Part shown: positions 1 to 13,610 of the stretch, in pieces
How the letters are laid out: the number at the start of each line of letters is the position of its first letter
Position numbering within the stretch: position 1 is the stretch's first letter
Assembly (NCBI GenBank): GCA_002633005.1
Contig: NMRA01000234.1
Location: forward strand, 245,535 to 309,534
DNA length: 64,000 nt
From: Phoronis australis
Taxonomy: Eukaryota > Animalia > Phoronida
Direction: 5' to 3'
Position numbers and translations under genes: made by a program
The notes under the pieces: model-generated
Told to the model about the DNA's origin: nothing
Databases searched by the model: none
What the model saw: the letters and a program-made list of their open reading frames with translations, nothing else

Positions 1-200
1 TGAAAAAGATAAATCACATGTTGTTATGTGAAAAAGATAAATCTCACGTTCTATGAAAAAATGTAAGTCACATGATGTTCTGTGAAAAAGATAAATCACA
101 TTTTCTATGAAAAAATGTTATGTGAAAAATATAAATCAAATGTTGTTCTATGGAAACATAAATCACATGATGTATTGTGAATAGTATAAAAGGCACATTA
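1..200. repeat. Degenerate AT-rich minisatellite (~25-30 bp unit, TGAAAAAGATAAATCACATGTTGTTATG-like)
   Basis: About 6-7 imperfect copies visible at the window start. Confidence 0.75.
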
Positions 201-397
201 TTTCCAGAGTAGGAAGGGTGACTCTACATTTGTGTATGCAAGTTAATTGTATGTGTGGTAATATTGTTATTCTGTTGTGTTCCGAGTCAAGGTTGTTTAT
301 GTTGTGCAAAGAACTGGTGTTACGGCATAGCTTTATAATTATGATGAAATAAGGTGTAAGTTTTGATATGTGACATTTTATGCAAACTGGTTATTGG

Positions 398-517
398 TGG
401 ATTTAGGGGCACCTTGGATTTAGGACATCTTGGATTTAGGTGCACCTTGGATTTAGGGGGACCTTGGATTTAGGGGACCTTGGGTTTAGGAGGACCTTGT
501 ATTTAGGGGGACCTTAG
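398..517. repeat. Tandem repeat, ~17-bp unit CCTTGGATTTAGGGGCA
   Basis: About 7 imperfect copies. Confidence 0.85.
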
Positions 518-2140
518 CTGTGAACGAAATGACAACTCGTTTTTCAGACAGACGGCCGCCTCGTATATATTTGAATGACAAGTGAAACCTGTCAAGTTCA
601 TTATAGACATTCATGTCGTGTGAATGTGTAGTTGACAAGTGTTGAATTTCTGTTTTTACATTTTGCAATGAGTGCTTTCGCTGCTCTTTGCTTTAATGAA
701 TACTGTAAATGAATGTGATTGTTCATTTGTATGCTGTCATATGGTTACTCAGTAAACTATCTGGTTTGAAATGAAATGGCGCCTCACATGGATGTCATAC
801 AAATATGGCTTTTGACTTGGGTGTAGTTCGTAAAACAAGAAAATTTAGTAACCATCGTTTTGTTATTAATTCATTTCTGGATCATTATGAAAGTGACATT
901 TCTGAGTTCAGAACACCAAAAGACTTTTTCCTTGTGTAGTTTGTAAACAAAACTTTGTTTACAATTGTCCATTCGTCCAAGCACTATACTTAAAACATTT
1001 TTGGTCCTTGTTACTGGGTGCATTCTCTTTTAGAGGTTTTTTAAAACATTAAGTTTGCAGTTCTGGTAACGTACACCATGGATCGAAAAGAGGTCAGGTA
1101 TTAGGGGCTTGAATCATCTCAAACTTGATTCATTGGGGGCTCGATTTATCTCTTCAAACTTTTATTGGGGTTTGGACTCCTTGTGACCTAATTAGTATTT
1201 GTTTGGACTTTAACTGGTATGAAGGGGTTGTGCGTGAACTTGGAATATCAATTAATCTCAATCTCAAAATCATGTATGTGTGAATTTGGAATTAAATATT
1301 CATTAAAGGAATCAGGTAAAAAATTTTGTTCATTGTAAAGTATTCTTCTAGTTATTGGCCCCACGATCATTCATTTTCTGCTTTACTGGAACTTGTGTCT
1401 CAGAATCGAAGAAATTTGTGAATGGTTAATTAATTATTGCTTGGTGAATAAGATCGCCAATAGTTGAACAATGAAGGTTGGTTAACGTTATTTTATTGAT
1501 ATGTGATATGCTTTAGCGAAGTGCAAACTTTTTTCAACGTGAATGCGATTTTTGAGTGAATTTTCCAAATTTCTTAGTGTATTCCAAGTTCACTCATACT
1601 CAGTCTTGAGATTAAGCAGAATGCCAAGTTCAAGCAGAACAACGACACTTATAGTTAGTACACAAATCAAGGTTGGAAGGTCCAGCTATCTTGGAAGTGA
1701 GAGATTGATGTGATCACGTTAGGTGAAGCCTTCTGTACTGTATAACATTTTCTGTGAAATTCTGATGCTTTGTTTATTATATTTCTTTCTCTGTTTTATT
1801 TTGTTATTCATGGTTCTCACTCATGGAATACTGTAAATATGACATGGCATGAAATCGCAAAAGCCATGGTAAACTTCAAACAAAATTTCATGATATCTAT
1901 AAAATTTCTCAAGATCAATAAAAGGCTTGTTTGCATAGTCTTCCATCACTTAAGCTTGACAGCATTTCTTGTGATTAAGATTTACTATTTTGTGTGAAAA
2001 AAAATATTCACGGAAAATGAAAATGACAGTTATATCCTTAAAACTCTTGGAAAATAAGACTGCATCATGAGTGATAACCAATTTTTGATTGATCCAATTT
2101 TAGCAAGGCTATGTGATGACGTATTTGTTCGCTCTTTCAG

Positions 2141-5100
2141 TTGCTATCCTAACTTCCAACCTTCTTCTTCTGTGCAATCTGGTTTCCTGCCTGGCATGCC
2201 TCTACCATCTATAGCATCAAGGTAGTTACACTCTGTACTCCACCTGTCCACTGTGTCCTCCACCTGTCCACTGTGTCCTCCACCTGTCCACTATGTCCTG
2301 CTAATTTCTAGACTCACACAGCAAGCACTGACCACAGGAGTTGGCTTATTCTGCTCAGCAACTTTCAAAAATGGGAAAATTATGTAACAGAAATTCTGTT
2401 CTAAACAACACAAAGAAATTTGGAATTTTAATTGGGCGATTTTCGAAAGTCGACTTTGTTTGTAGTGTACTGCAGTTGTCAAAAAATAACACTTGTACTT
2501 CATGAATTTGTTCATGTAAGATCTGCCTTTTCATCTACATTTTCGAACAACTTTCAAGTAGTTTCTTTTTGCTTTAGGAAATAGGGTCTATCTTTCCAAT
2601 CAGTTAGTTGTTAAACACAGTTAGTTGTTAAACACAGTTAGTTGTTAAACACAGTTAATTGTTAAACACAGTTAGTTGCACTTAACTGATTGAAGAGATA
2701 GAAAATTGAATAAGTTGGAAGTTGTCTTGTTTGTAACTTCACAATATAGTGTGTTCAATATACATTGCCCACTACCTAATGTCTCACAGTTGTCAAGGTT
2801 TGTGTAATGTAAGATTTCATTCCTTGTGTCCACCTTGTTTACATTGTGCTAGAGATAACATTGTGTTTCTCATTTAATGTGATCAATTGAGCAAACAGTA
2901 ACCTAAGTGGTGTGTTTTTACAAGACTATTATGTCTTGCCTGTTGAACCAGTTGGTCATTGTGTCTCAGTTAAGTAACCATTACAGTGCTGAAGGCTTGT
3001 ACAATGGGTATGCTGTATTCAGAGATGGAGTCTGTCTGGGTTCTATTGTTTAAGTGTATGGATTGATTCTGGATTGATGATCATGTATAGTTGTTAAGAT
3101 TATTATCTGCACCAGGGGCAGTGTGTCACAGTGAATTGATCTTCAGATTCCAAGTCTCTAGTTATGCTCTCAATCACTTTGTAGCTGTCAATTAACTCAC
3201 CTCCCCTCTTCACAATTGAGCCTAATTATGTAAAATAGAGTTTTGAACAAATAATTGTAAGAAATTGAATTGTGTATAAACTATTTTAAGGTTTTATCAG
3301 ATGTTAGTCTAGAACAAGGAGGAGTTTAGTCAGCTGGTATCTGTCCACAAGTTCATAAACTAGGGCATTTGCTTGAATTAGTTACTAAGATACCAATGCC
3401 TGTTATCCTCTGAAATTGATCAGGAGGGGTACCTCCCTGTTGTAATGTCTGAGTGCTATAATTAAGCTGTCCTGCAATTTTCTGTAAAGTTGGTCTAATT
3501 TTGTGTAATCAGTGTGAGCTTTACTATGTCTCCAGGCGTGAAAAAGACTGACATTTAATTGCTCTGATTTTGGAAAGAACTATTGAATGAATGCTCATCC
3601 AACCAAGTGAAAATTACTTGCAATAATTAGTAGCAAGATTTTGTGTTGTATGACGAGTATAAAATACTCTTTAAAGTAAATTATCATGGTTATAAAATAA
3701 GTAATGGTTCATTATAATTAATTATTATTGTTGTTGTTGCTTTTAGATCCAACAATCATTGTATATTTTACATACAAGATGACAGTGTTCAGAAGTTTCT
3801 CTTCATCATTTCAGTCAAGCTTCAGCAGGTAGTGGCACTGCCAAGAAGACAGATGAGGCCAGTATTGGCATTGACCAGCTGAGCTTGACCAGCCCTCTGC
3901 AGGTGCATAGTCAGAGTGGTGGTAAGAGACAGCCTACACTGCAGGAGTGTGAACTGATCATCCGCCACTATCAACACATGAACGAGCAGCAGGCGCATGA
4001 GGTCAGTCTACCTTCACCCGCATCCGTGTGCTTGAGTAACCTTTCCAAACGCTGGCAATACACCATGCCCCTTGGGACCCAGCCAGCATCGTAGCTCAGT
4101 CTCGCAAAGATAATTCTCACGACTACATCGTTGTGGCTCGGAAATGTAACAAACTCAAATCCTGGTATCTTGTCTACATTCCTTATGTCACTCACTCAAA
4201 ACAAGTGATAGAAACCTTTTTAAGTTTCTAGTCATTTGACATCAAATTGATGTCACTTTGTAGTTTGGCTATCATTATTGCCAAAACACCATAGTTGACA
4301 GGAATGTGTGTCACAAAGCAAAGTTACATTATTAGCTGACAATGCAGGCACACCTTTTGGAGAGGTCAGTTGTGATGCCTTAAAATCACTGTCTGGCTAA
4401 ACGTCAATTAGTTGCTGCAAAACGTTGTATATTGTTCCATTGGCAGTTATCTAGGACTATACCCAGGCAGTTATGTTTTTTGTTGTGCACCATTAATGCC
4501 ACATTAACATGATTCTGTCAATTAACTTCTTGGCAAACACGATTAGTAAAATTAATTAATGCATTTTTGTTGATTAATGGAGATTTGTGTTTGAAGTAGT
4601 GATATTTACTGCCAGCCAGTCAAACTGCAATGGTTGTCATAGTTATCAACACTGAAATTGAAAGCCAACTACTCTCTTCACATCAGAGCACACGGTGGTT
4701 GACATTTTAGTTGTGATTTTCTCGTTTCTAATCAAACCATGTGAATAGCAACTGAGGTCTTCTTCATTGTGTTACCTTGTTCTCTAGTATTGTCTAGTCT
4801 AGACTAAATATTGATCTTTGCCTGTTTGCAGTTAATGAGATTGAAGTCTGACTTGAGAGACGTCCTCTACTCACACAAGTGGACCCCAGATGCCTATCTA
4901 CTTGCCAAGGCATATGTTGCCGAGGACGACGCCAAGACAAACAGTGGTGCTGTGGGCAAGTTGCCCAAACTCTCCATGAACAGTGGCGCAAGGAAATTGT
5001 AAGTGAGACAAGAACATATTTCCTACATGAAGCATCTGGTTGACTTTCTAGGAAGCTAGTATCCCATACAAGCTGGTATTTCTGGAACTTAGTCCTCCAG

Positions 5101-5519
5101 TAGGCTGATGTCTCCATCAAGAGTATCCCCATCACTTGTATTTGAAAGATAAAAACACTGCACTCAAAGATTAGACCGGAAACATCAGTGACACTGTAGA
5201 ATGCTTGCTTCAAACTTCTCATTCATTTGGAAAATCAGGGAACATTTATGCAGAATTTAAAACTTGTAATAAAATTGCTTCTTCACAAGTCTCGACGAAT
5301 TACTTTGACAAAATTTTGTCATCTGGACAACCTTTCTGTTTCACAGTTATTCCTTACACTCTGTTGTCTTTTTCCAGACCTGATGTGGCCTACGTGCAGA
5401 AGGACAATGTGTCTCTGCCAGCTCTGAAGCAGACCATTGGTAACAAGGCTGTGGAGCGCAGAAAGAGGACACAGATATTGCAGAAAGCCAGACTTAGAAA
5501 GGAGATTCTTCATCAGTAG
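2141..5519 (+). CDS. CCDC74: Coiled-coil domain-containing protein 74 (CCDC74-like), 3' exons only; 5' exons not identified
   Basis: Exons 2141-2221 (least certain), 3815-4001, 4832-4998 and 5378-5519 (TAG), with GT-AG junctions in consistent phase. Peptides PTLQECELIIRHYQHMNEQQAHEL and LPALKQTIGNKAVERRKRTQILQKARLRKEIL match my recollection of the CCDC74 C-terminal motifs (PTTLRQCEVLIRELWNTN; LPALKQT...ERQKRLQAMQKRRL). Confidence 0.8.
2239..2298. repeat. 20-bp tandem repeat CTCCACCTGTCCACTGTGTC x3
   Basis: Direct inspection; begins ~17 nt after the putative donor at 2222. Confidence 0.85.
2601..2679. repeat. 17-bp tandem repeat CAGTTAGTTGTTAAACA x~4.5
   Basis: Direct inspection. Confidence 0.85.
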
Positions 5520-6996
5520 AGACTATGCTACATGCGACATGCTGTGCCAAACTTCTCATGTTTTGTTCTATTGTGTTCAGGAACAACCTTAAATGAATGT
5601 CACATTCCCTGCTTTTAGTAGTGGGGCTGATTAGCTGTGAATTAAAATCTTTAGTTTATTTCTAGTCAGTTACTTCTCAATTAGATTGGATTGTAAAGAA
5701 CCGTTCTCTCTACACCATTTGCTGCAATAAGAGAAACCCGAAAATTCTATTTGATGTTTCCTTGGCAACCCACAATTCAGCTGGCTTTTGAAGAATATTA
5801 ATAGAAGTGTCGTGCAATGTCCTAGAAGCATACATGTTTTGATCACCTTAGTTCAAGTATACCTGTGTGGTGTTTCTTGCAACTTAACCCAAGCATTATT
5901 ACAGACTGTGTTCAAAATGGGAGCTATTTTTTTTGCTATTTTTTTTGCTTTAGTATTGTCACCGTTCTTAGTGAGATGTGCCTTTATAGAGATGTGTAAC
6001 TACTGTAAAACAATTACAAATCAAAGATGGCCGTCCTCACTGTTCTTGGAGACGGACAAGATCTCAAGGAACTAGATGAAGTAGAGATGTTATGTGTTGA
6101 AAGATTGAAGAGCTTTATAAGCTACATATTGAAATCCAAGATTTTCAAATGGATGGCTTCGCATGTGTTCTGCACTGCCATGACTCACACCATGTCCGAC
6201 CAGTGACTGGTCAATTGTTTTGTCTCATTGTAAATAACACTTTGTACCCGGATGCCTAATTTCTTGGCATGCAGTAGGAGACAGTTTAACCAATACTGAA
6301 CTTTCAAGTGACTGATGTTACAGCGAGTCATTATATATCTTAAGACTTGTAATCTTGGTCTGCCATGTTTAGCTATACTCTAAAGATGTGCCATCAGAAA
6401 CCAGTATCGCTGAGGTGACAGTATTTGTTTTATTTTCCCCTCAATATGTTAAAATTTTTGAAAGTGCATAGGAATGGTGCGTCTCAGTTGCACGGTTGTG
6501 TAGTTTTATTTATTGGAAATTTTATATTCCCCACTTAACCGTGACATTGCTTGACCAATGGACTCATTAAGCAATCCTTTGCAGATTTGGCAAAGGAAGA
6601 GGCAATCTCGTTTATAAAGGCAAAAGCGCGGATTGTAGACAGAGACTGTTTTGCTGGAAAGTTTTATTGGAACCGTGACTGTATTTTGACAATGGAATAG
6701 TGCAAACAAATTCGCACTTAGAATAGTCTTTTGGAGTGCATTGCTTAGACTAAAAACAACATGCAAAATAAACTTTTTGACACTGAACTGTTTGTATTAT
6801 ACTGTATTTTGGGGCTCCCATTTTTGTCATGATGATCTCAAACACAGTTTTGTCCCATTTTTCAATAGACTCTCTTCAGGCAGAGCTTCGTCAGATAAGT
6901 AGTGTTCACCACTGGAGCCTTATCCATCAAGTAAATGTTTGCTCTGATGTGCCTCTCAAAAATCCCTGTGGATTCAATAGTCTTTGTGGCAATGCA

Positions 6997-9900
6997 TCAC
7001 TGAGAGTGAACACCAGGTGTAGCTGTGATCTTGCACAACCTTGCCAACATGCCCGACATCTGTAGTAAAGATCTTACACCTTCAGCTATCCTCATGTGTG
7101 TGTAGCCTATCTCCTGAAAACAAATAATAGAAGTGCAGAGAAAGGGTGTAGCCAAGCATTGGTGACGCTGATGGCCAAAAAAAGGAACCAAATTTTCAAT
7201 GCGGAATGACACTTGGTAGATCACAATTTTCAAAATGCCTCTCCAAATAATGCTCGAAGAATAGCCTTCTAAGGACTACCTCAACAGTGCCAACTCTCGT
7301 TTGGCATTTAGACCATGCGACACACTAGCTAAAACTGTGTAGAAGCCACATGTGCAAGGATATTCGATGGCAAAAAGCTGTACAAAGTTTGAAGTGACAA
7401 AAGCATACCTTTATAAACTCCAGTTTGACAAATTCCGGCATGGTATGAGTTTTACACACCCTGAATACAATGGAAATGATGTCCTCGGCAGAGTATCCTA
7501 AAGTCCACAGATGGTTCATTATTTTGTAAGCCTCGTCTATGTTGCCGTTCACACAGTGGTTCAGCATGTCTTTCACTAAAAGGGGGTGCGGCTCGTCACA
7601 CACCTGAAATGGATCAAACCAAAATTCAGTTGTCTGATGCATGATTTACGTAAAAACGTAGCAGAGGTCTGTGAAGAGTGGTATTTTCCAGTAGACAGTG
7701 CACACCTAACGTCTTTGGATAATACATCATTTCTCCCTTGTGATGCCATTCACAGCTAAAATGACCGACGACGAAATATTGCAGTAACTTTCTAATGACA
7801 GAGTGGCATTTCCACTTAACTAGCCTTCTGGTATATTCCCTTTCATTCATGATTACGATGAACGGCTAAGGCATCAATGAATTTGGCTGGTGTCTAGTCG
7901 CCATGACGAAGAATTCTAGGTCACTTTGTCTAACATCGTCCGGCGTGTTTTGAGGAATGTATTCAATATCACCAATAATGTACTGTACCAGTTACAAGTA
8001 CCACACAGCACTAAATATGTCAAGCTATTATCTCAAACTTCAAACAGGAATAACTCAAGTTAGTAATGGTGAATCTTTCTGTTAAAACAATCATTGAAGT
8101 CCAACTGGTCCGTGGTTTTATCATGCGTAATAAAGAATGCAAACTTGTCGCATTAAAAAACCGAAACATGGAATTCTGTGCTAAAACACCAGCCAAAGCA
8201 ATGGTTTTCAAAGAAGACACTGCATGTTTTAAAATAACTGTTGTGCTTGTCTTTAAATATGCTAGAACAGAGCAAATAGCTTGAAGACTCAAAGGTCTAT
8301 CATTTTTACAAATAACAAAAGAGGGCGCCACATGCTTAGGTTACAGAGGGACAGGTGCTCTTCTAGACAAGAACATTATCAAAGTTGAAAGGCACACAAA
8401 ATACACGGTCTAAGTGATAAGGAATTGTGCAGATGGATTGGACAACATTACTATTTCAACACAAGGCTATATGAAAATATACTATGTATTATCCTATATG
8501 CGTTGAATCGGCCGAGTGCAAAACGGCCATGTAATAATGTTTTCCGTATTCACCTCCCGCGCTACTTCAACAGTGACATGGAAAGTTCAAAAGGTAGGTC
8601 AATGTCAACTCGATGTCGTTAGCCGATTCAATCATAAAACTTTCCAAATATAGTTTAAAGTAATACTGTTACAGCAGTATAAATAACACTCGACATGCAA
8701 TCAGCCCCTAAACGTAACATCAGGTACAAAACTGTTAATTATATGACACTTCTGTCTCAGTTTTCAACCGCTAAATATTACAACGTCTGCAACTCAGGCA
8801 CGGAGTCCTCGAAAACTACAATATCAGATGTTATTTAACTTACAAGTTCAATGCTCAGTTATCGTTGTTTTTATCTTTTGTTATCTCTTTTCAATTAATA
8901 AATCGCTACATTTAAAACTGTTTCCTTTACTAGAGAAAACTTGCATCATAACGCGCAAGTACATACATATAGGATGTGATCCGCCACGTCAACGGTCTGA
9001 GTGAAGAATTAAAAAAATCTGCCAAAAAAATGAAAGAAACACACGAATTCGAAGGGTATGGGATAAATAAAAAATGTACCTCAATTGGCGTAGATGAAGT
9101 AATATCCCACTCGAATAATGTGTCATTGGACATTACTTCATCTACGCCACTCTCAGTTCATTTTGTGTATTGACTCAAAACATACAGTGTAGACAAGTGA
9201 CTAAGCTACAATTAAAACAATCACGCATAAAACAGCCACGGAGCTTCCTGTTGGTAAGCAGGCAATATACTGGCCCAAGTAAAACAGGCCATCACACCAG
9301 GTGCCAATAGCGAACAGAGACCTCAATACGAATAGTGAAACTATAATATTGTTGGTCACAGCTTGTGTACAAAATCAGTGATCTTGTGTATTGAGACATA
9401 CAGAGCTGGTGACCTAAGTCTATGCTGCCACCTCAAGGTTATTACATGGTCATACCTTGAATACATTTTCACTGTTAACATGTCCAAAACCTTGAAATGT
9501 TGACTGAACATTGTTAAGGGCCTGTCTCATGTCACCCTGAGCTGTGAACACAATCGCCTCTAGACCATCGTCTGTATGACTGACGTTCTCTTTCTCACAA
9601 ACATCTAGCAAACGAGCGAGGATTTGCTTGTCTGAGAGTTTGCCGTAACGAAGGACGGCACATCTTGATTGTATGGGCTCTGCAATAGACAGACTAAACT
9701 GCACACACACCAAAATACCTGTAAAATTGGGCAATCAATAAAGAAGTTATCAGTCACCATCGTTGTTATTGCAAATTTATCACAGACTCTGAGGCTAAGT
9801 TTGAAATGAAAAACACTAACGCAGGTGATGAAGCTAAGAACTACTTACAACTAGTCAAGATACCAAACAATTTTTGAAACTGTTTTTCTACTCATACGAG

Positions 9901-12900
9901 TAGGTGTAATTGTAACTCATTTGTGGCAACTCTCTGTTGTTGTGAACTCTTATTTCAACAACTATTTTTGTCTATCCTTTTAAAAACATTTTTCTAAATC
10001 TATGGAAAACTGAAAATATTAATATTAATCATTTTGTTCCCCTTAGCATTCCCTATTGTCACTTTCTCAAAATAGATATTTTTTGGTTAGACACCCAGTA
10101 GATTTTCAAATACCAAAAGTTGATGTTAACCCCCCAAACAAGAGGTTGACAAAACCTTGAACCTCTTTAGTTTGGCATCGTAAACTTCACCAAGACAATG
10201 ATCAAATAGCAATGCTAAAGTAAAATCTCACCAATTTAGCAAACAATATGGCAGATAACTTCAATTTCATTTTCCCATTTTCTTTCATTACAGATAAGTG
10301 GACCCAAAATGATCCTTGTCTAGATCTGTACTATAACTATTATGAGATCATATTACAGCCATGTTGAACTCTGTTGGAAATTGAAAAAAGGTCACTTTTG
10401 GCAAACAGTCTTGTCCCAATTTTGGGAGATTTTACCATACTTTCCTATAAATCAAAATGTTGGGTTAAATATGAACTCTGATTACCTATGATTTTATCCG
10501 ACTGGTTGCAGGCGAGAGCGAATCTTGTTGTTTTTGAATATATTTCCATAGTTCTACGCAAGGCCTGCTGAGCACCATCTGTCATACTGAAAACAATTCA
10601 ATATTATATTTACAAATATACTCAATATCACTCAAGCTTCAAGTAAAATATGAAATAAGGCAATACACTACTATTCAGCATGGCCAAGTTCAGTCAAATA
10701 ACAGATGAAAAATTAATTCATATAATAATTCATATCATACAAGTTAACAAGGAGAGATGAGATACTTTTATGACCAGCTATTTTTCTTTGGAAATGTAGA
10801 AAATGAGCCGACTTAATGTTAGCACTAAATGAACATAGCCCTGAATGTGGACTAGACAACTGGAGTCGTTCTAACTACACCACCATGTGAAATAAGGCTT
10901 ATCATACATGATCAGTATTCATATCCTCAGTCACAGAAAACTTCTTTTGATCATTTTTCATAACCGAGTGACAACATATCATTATAAATTATGATCACGA
11001 TTGATGACAAAGCTTGCATGAATAATTATCTCAACCGTTAATATGAATTCTTATCAATATGGTTGATAGGAATTAATATAGTATTTTAAGGTAAATTATC
11101 ATCAATCAAAACTGCCTGTGCATCTCTAAACTATGCAGCATTATGTATGAATGGAGGAGTGCGTCGTGAGAACAATAAAAATCAAAGTGATCCACTCAGT
11201 CACAATGTGATGCACTCGGTCACAAAAAGATGCACTCAGTCAAAAAATGATGCACTCGGTCACAAAGTGAAGAACTCAGTCACAGAGTGATGCACTGAGT
11301 CACAAAAAGATGCACTCAGTCACAAAGTGATGCAATCAGTCATAAAGTGATGCACTCCATCATAAAGTGATCCAATCAGTAACAAAGTGATCAACTCTGT
11401 CACAAAGTGATCCACTTGTGCATTTTCAACACACAATTACCTGTCTGCCTCATCCAGTATAATAATTTTGTGTTTTCCTTTGGGCAGTGTGACTTTCTGC
11501 TGAGCAAATAGCTTGATTTTGTTCCGCACTACATCAATGCCTCGGTCATTAGAGGCGTTCAACTCCAGAACAGCATCTTTAAATGAGTCCCCTAATAATG
11601 TTCTGGCCAGGCATAGTATACTGGTCGTTTTACCAGTACCAGGTGGGCCCTGCAAGCACGGAAAACTTGAGATAAATAAACAAACAAATACCATTGGTAT
11701 AACTATTTTGTAATAGTACAAATGTGATTATAGTCACAATAAACAACAATATCATTTGAGTACATTGTAAAATTAATGATTTAAAAGGACATAGAAATAC
11801 AATTTTGTTAAAATCAGATTGAACTATCAAAATTAGAAAGTCAATTTTATCCTGAATAAAAATGGTAAAGAACAAAGTTCTAAAAATAAATTGAACACCA
11901 AACATTTTAAGATCGCTGTATATTTTACGGAGTTAATTGAATTTTTAAAATACCATTATAGTTCTTCTATCTTTTGCAATCAAAAAACACTGAAAAGCTC
12001 GTGCGCTACATACAGCGATAATAACGTTTGGAACATTTCCTTCTCTTGCAAACACTTCCAGACGACTGATGGTTTCTTCATTTCCAACGACTTCCTGTAG
12101 CTTAAGTGGTCGATATTTTTCCACCCTGTAATTACAGATTTAAAACATTGAGGTTTTAAACTTAATTTGATTTCAGAAATACAGTGCGGTACACGACCAG
12201 GAATGTTCTAGTAATATCAGTATGAGATTGGAGGAACACAGTGGAAATGAAAAACGTGTGGTTGTGTTCAGGGTACATAAAAATTGACCAGATGATGATC
12301 TAGAAAAAATAAAATAAAATATAACTGCTTGTTGGTGTTTTTGATCCAAGAATTTGTTGTGTGGGAATTATCTGTTCCATGCCACAAACTACATGAACAT
12401 CAAAACTTAACACTGACTTGGTTTGCACTTATAACAACTTATTAAAAACTATGCAGTGTGCGGTAGTTTACAAATTTAGTGCGATAAGTCTTTGTAAAGA
12501 ACAGAATCATGGAGTATCAGCATTTCCAAATCATACTACATCATTAGTCTAGGCAGCATATTCCTCTACATACTTAAATTCCATTACAAAACTGTTAAAC
12601 ATGATTAAAATTGATGTTAAATGTTAAAACTTAATTACCTTAAGACAAAACTGCCAAAAACAAAAAATGAATTAACCCATTTTAGCTCATAAAATCGGTC
12701 TCATAACATTCCTTCCCATGACAGGACTTGATTTACGTTACGAAGAACATCAAAACCATCAGTAACTCAAGCCAGTCAAGGACACGATTCAAAGTTTTTC
12801 AAGGATACCCAAGTGAGAACTGGAAACATTGTGCCTGTGACTTGAGTTGTCAGCTCATCAGGCAGCCATTCAGGATCGGATGAGTGTGGCAATGTTTTGA

Positions 12901-13317
12901 AACCCCAAAGTGCTTTGGTTTCGAATTTTACAAACAGCCTCAACATATTTTCCAAGCCATATTGAGACCGACATATTCATATACATTATCAAAATCTCTC
13001 ATTTAACAATGTTTGACCGTTTTAGTGCATTGAAAGCACAGCTTTTATGTTCAGACATTATTGCAAGCAGTTGTGACTTTTTGGCCGATATATCTGCTAA
13101 ATAAATAAAGTTGATCAACAAGTAGGTATCATTATTCTTGTCATCAATGATATTAATTGTCATAAACTATGGCAACCGGCGTAACCCACCAAGGCATTTC
13201 AAACGCATGGCTTTTCTTGGTTGTTTTTGTGTTGTCTTTTGGCGTCTTCTCCTCCATTTCATAATCTTTGGTTGTTGTGTCATTATCAATGTCCATGGAC
13301 TTTACAACAGCCGACAT
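6997..13317 (-). CDS. RFC2: Replication factor C subunit 2 (clamp loader AAA+ ATPase), 7 coding exons, ~361 aa
   Basis: Exons (5'->3') 13317-13190, 12125-12014, 11649-11441, 10586-10486, 9679-9456, 7603-7409 and 7113-6997. RFC boxes PWVEKYRP, Walker [25 protein letters not shown], Walker B IILDEADSMT, EPIQSRC and GDMRQALN; RFC2-type C-terminus KVCDEPHP...[17 protein letters not shown]. Confidence 0.96.
8480..9160. mobile_element. Non-autonomous element with subterminal inverted repeats and a terminal hairpin (HINE/DINE-like), in an RFC2 intron
   Basis: Imperfect inverted pair TATTATCCTATATGCGTTGAAT (~8487) / ATTCGAAGGGTATGGGATAAATA (~9047). Near-perfect hairpin 9086-9149, TGGCGTAGATGAAGTAATATCC...GGACATTACTTCATCTACGCCA. 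Confidence 0.55.
11185..11415. repeat. 20-bp minisatellite CACAAAGTGATGCACTCAGT x~11
   Basis: Direct inspection; lies ~25 nt into the RFC2 intron after the donor at 11440. Confidence 0.9.
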
Positions 13318-13610
13318 TGTGGCTTGTTGAACTGCTGAAACGCGAATATTTATCAAACTTAGCACAACCTTGTCCTCGCAAGTCTTTTGGGACAGATTTC
13401 CCGCGGAATATAAGCTATGGTCGAGTTTACTTACAACAATTATAACTGGCTATTTAGTTTAATGACCTAAATATTTCACCAATTAGAAGGCTGATAGCAA
13501 ACTCGGGCATAAAAGTATGTCATTTCCTGTGTGACTGTGAACGGACTAACTTAGGTTGTAACTGGTTCAATACCTTCTGAGGCCTTGCTAAATGCAAAAC
13601 AAGTCCATAC
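13318..13610. promoter_or_regulatory. Bidirectional promoter between RFC2 and the CENP-Q-like gene, with an E2F-type site
   Basis: Divergent ATGs 293 bp apart; TTTCCCGC at 13397-13404 matches E2F consensus TTTSSCGC; ETS-like CATTTCCTG at 13521; locally more CpG than the flanking introns. Confidence 0.65.

Noticed and set aside
1061-1097. Possible upstream CCDC74 micro-exon
   Set aside because: No donor choice gives a phase compatible with the 2141 exon without a stop
11185-11415. Regularly spaced repeats as a possible CRISPR array (also 27481-27912)
   Set aside because: Head-to-tail units without unique spacers, eukaryotic context and no cas genes
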